From: Escherichia phage vB_VIPECOOM03 | Sequence record: OQ721911 | Length of the DNA stretch: 64,000 nucleotides | Strand: one strand, 5' to 3' | Shown: positions 63,943 through 64,000 of the stretch, in pieces | How the letters are laid out: every line of letters begins with the position of its first letter | Numbering within the stretch: the stretch's first letter is position 1 | The notes under the pieces: model-generated | Database searches by the model: none | What the model saw: the letters and a program-made list of their open reading frames with translations, nothing else | Told to the model about the DNA's origin: nothing | Program-made: the position numbers and the translations under genes

Positions 63943-64000
63943 TAACTATACCACTCAATTAGTTGACTTTGTTATAATATCATCAGACGCTTGATTTGTA

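Overview
This window is a contiguous ~64 kb segment of a T4-like (T-even, Tequatrovirus-type) myovirus genome, collinear with phage T4 from the 3' end of gene 16 to asiA. Identification rests on reading the supplied ORF translations against remembered T4 protein sequences and lengths; no database search was run. The plus strand carries the late structural modules: terminase 16/17, tail sheath and tube 18/19, portal 20, prohead core 67/68/21/22, capsid 23/24, baseplate hub 51/27/28/29/48/54, and long tail fibres 34-38 plus holin t. The minus strand carries early/middle genes: rnlB, hoc, inh, uvsY, 25/26, alt, DNA ligase 30 and the 30.x cluster, rIII, 31, cd, pseT, spanins, alc, rnlA, denA, nrdB, nrdA, td, frd, 32, 59, 33, dsbA, rnh, asiA. 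Canonical T4 late promoters (TATAAATA) sit upstream of most plus-strand genes, and GC-rich tetraloop hairpins mark transcript ends. I found no tRNA, rRNA, CRISPR array, integrase or transposon. Nothing here looks like a wholly new multi-gene system; the most interesting points are departures from T4: (1) td and nrdB are uninterrupted, with no group I introns and no mobE; (2) a 68-codon ORF is wedged between frd and td with start/stop overlaps; (3) a perfect 127-bp tandem duplication at the gene 35/36 junction; (4) two tandem Alt-type ADP-ribosyltransferase paralogs, with a NADAR/YbiA-like and a HAD-like gene in the nearby 30.x cluster; (5) a T2-type receptor module (gp37 with a C-terminal chaperone-like domain plus a glycine-rich gp38 adhesin); (6) a recurring GTTTAC promoter-like element, often wrapped in an inverted repeat, in front of minus-strand genes. 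Many small minus-strand ORFs remain of unknown function.
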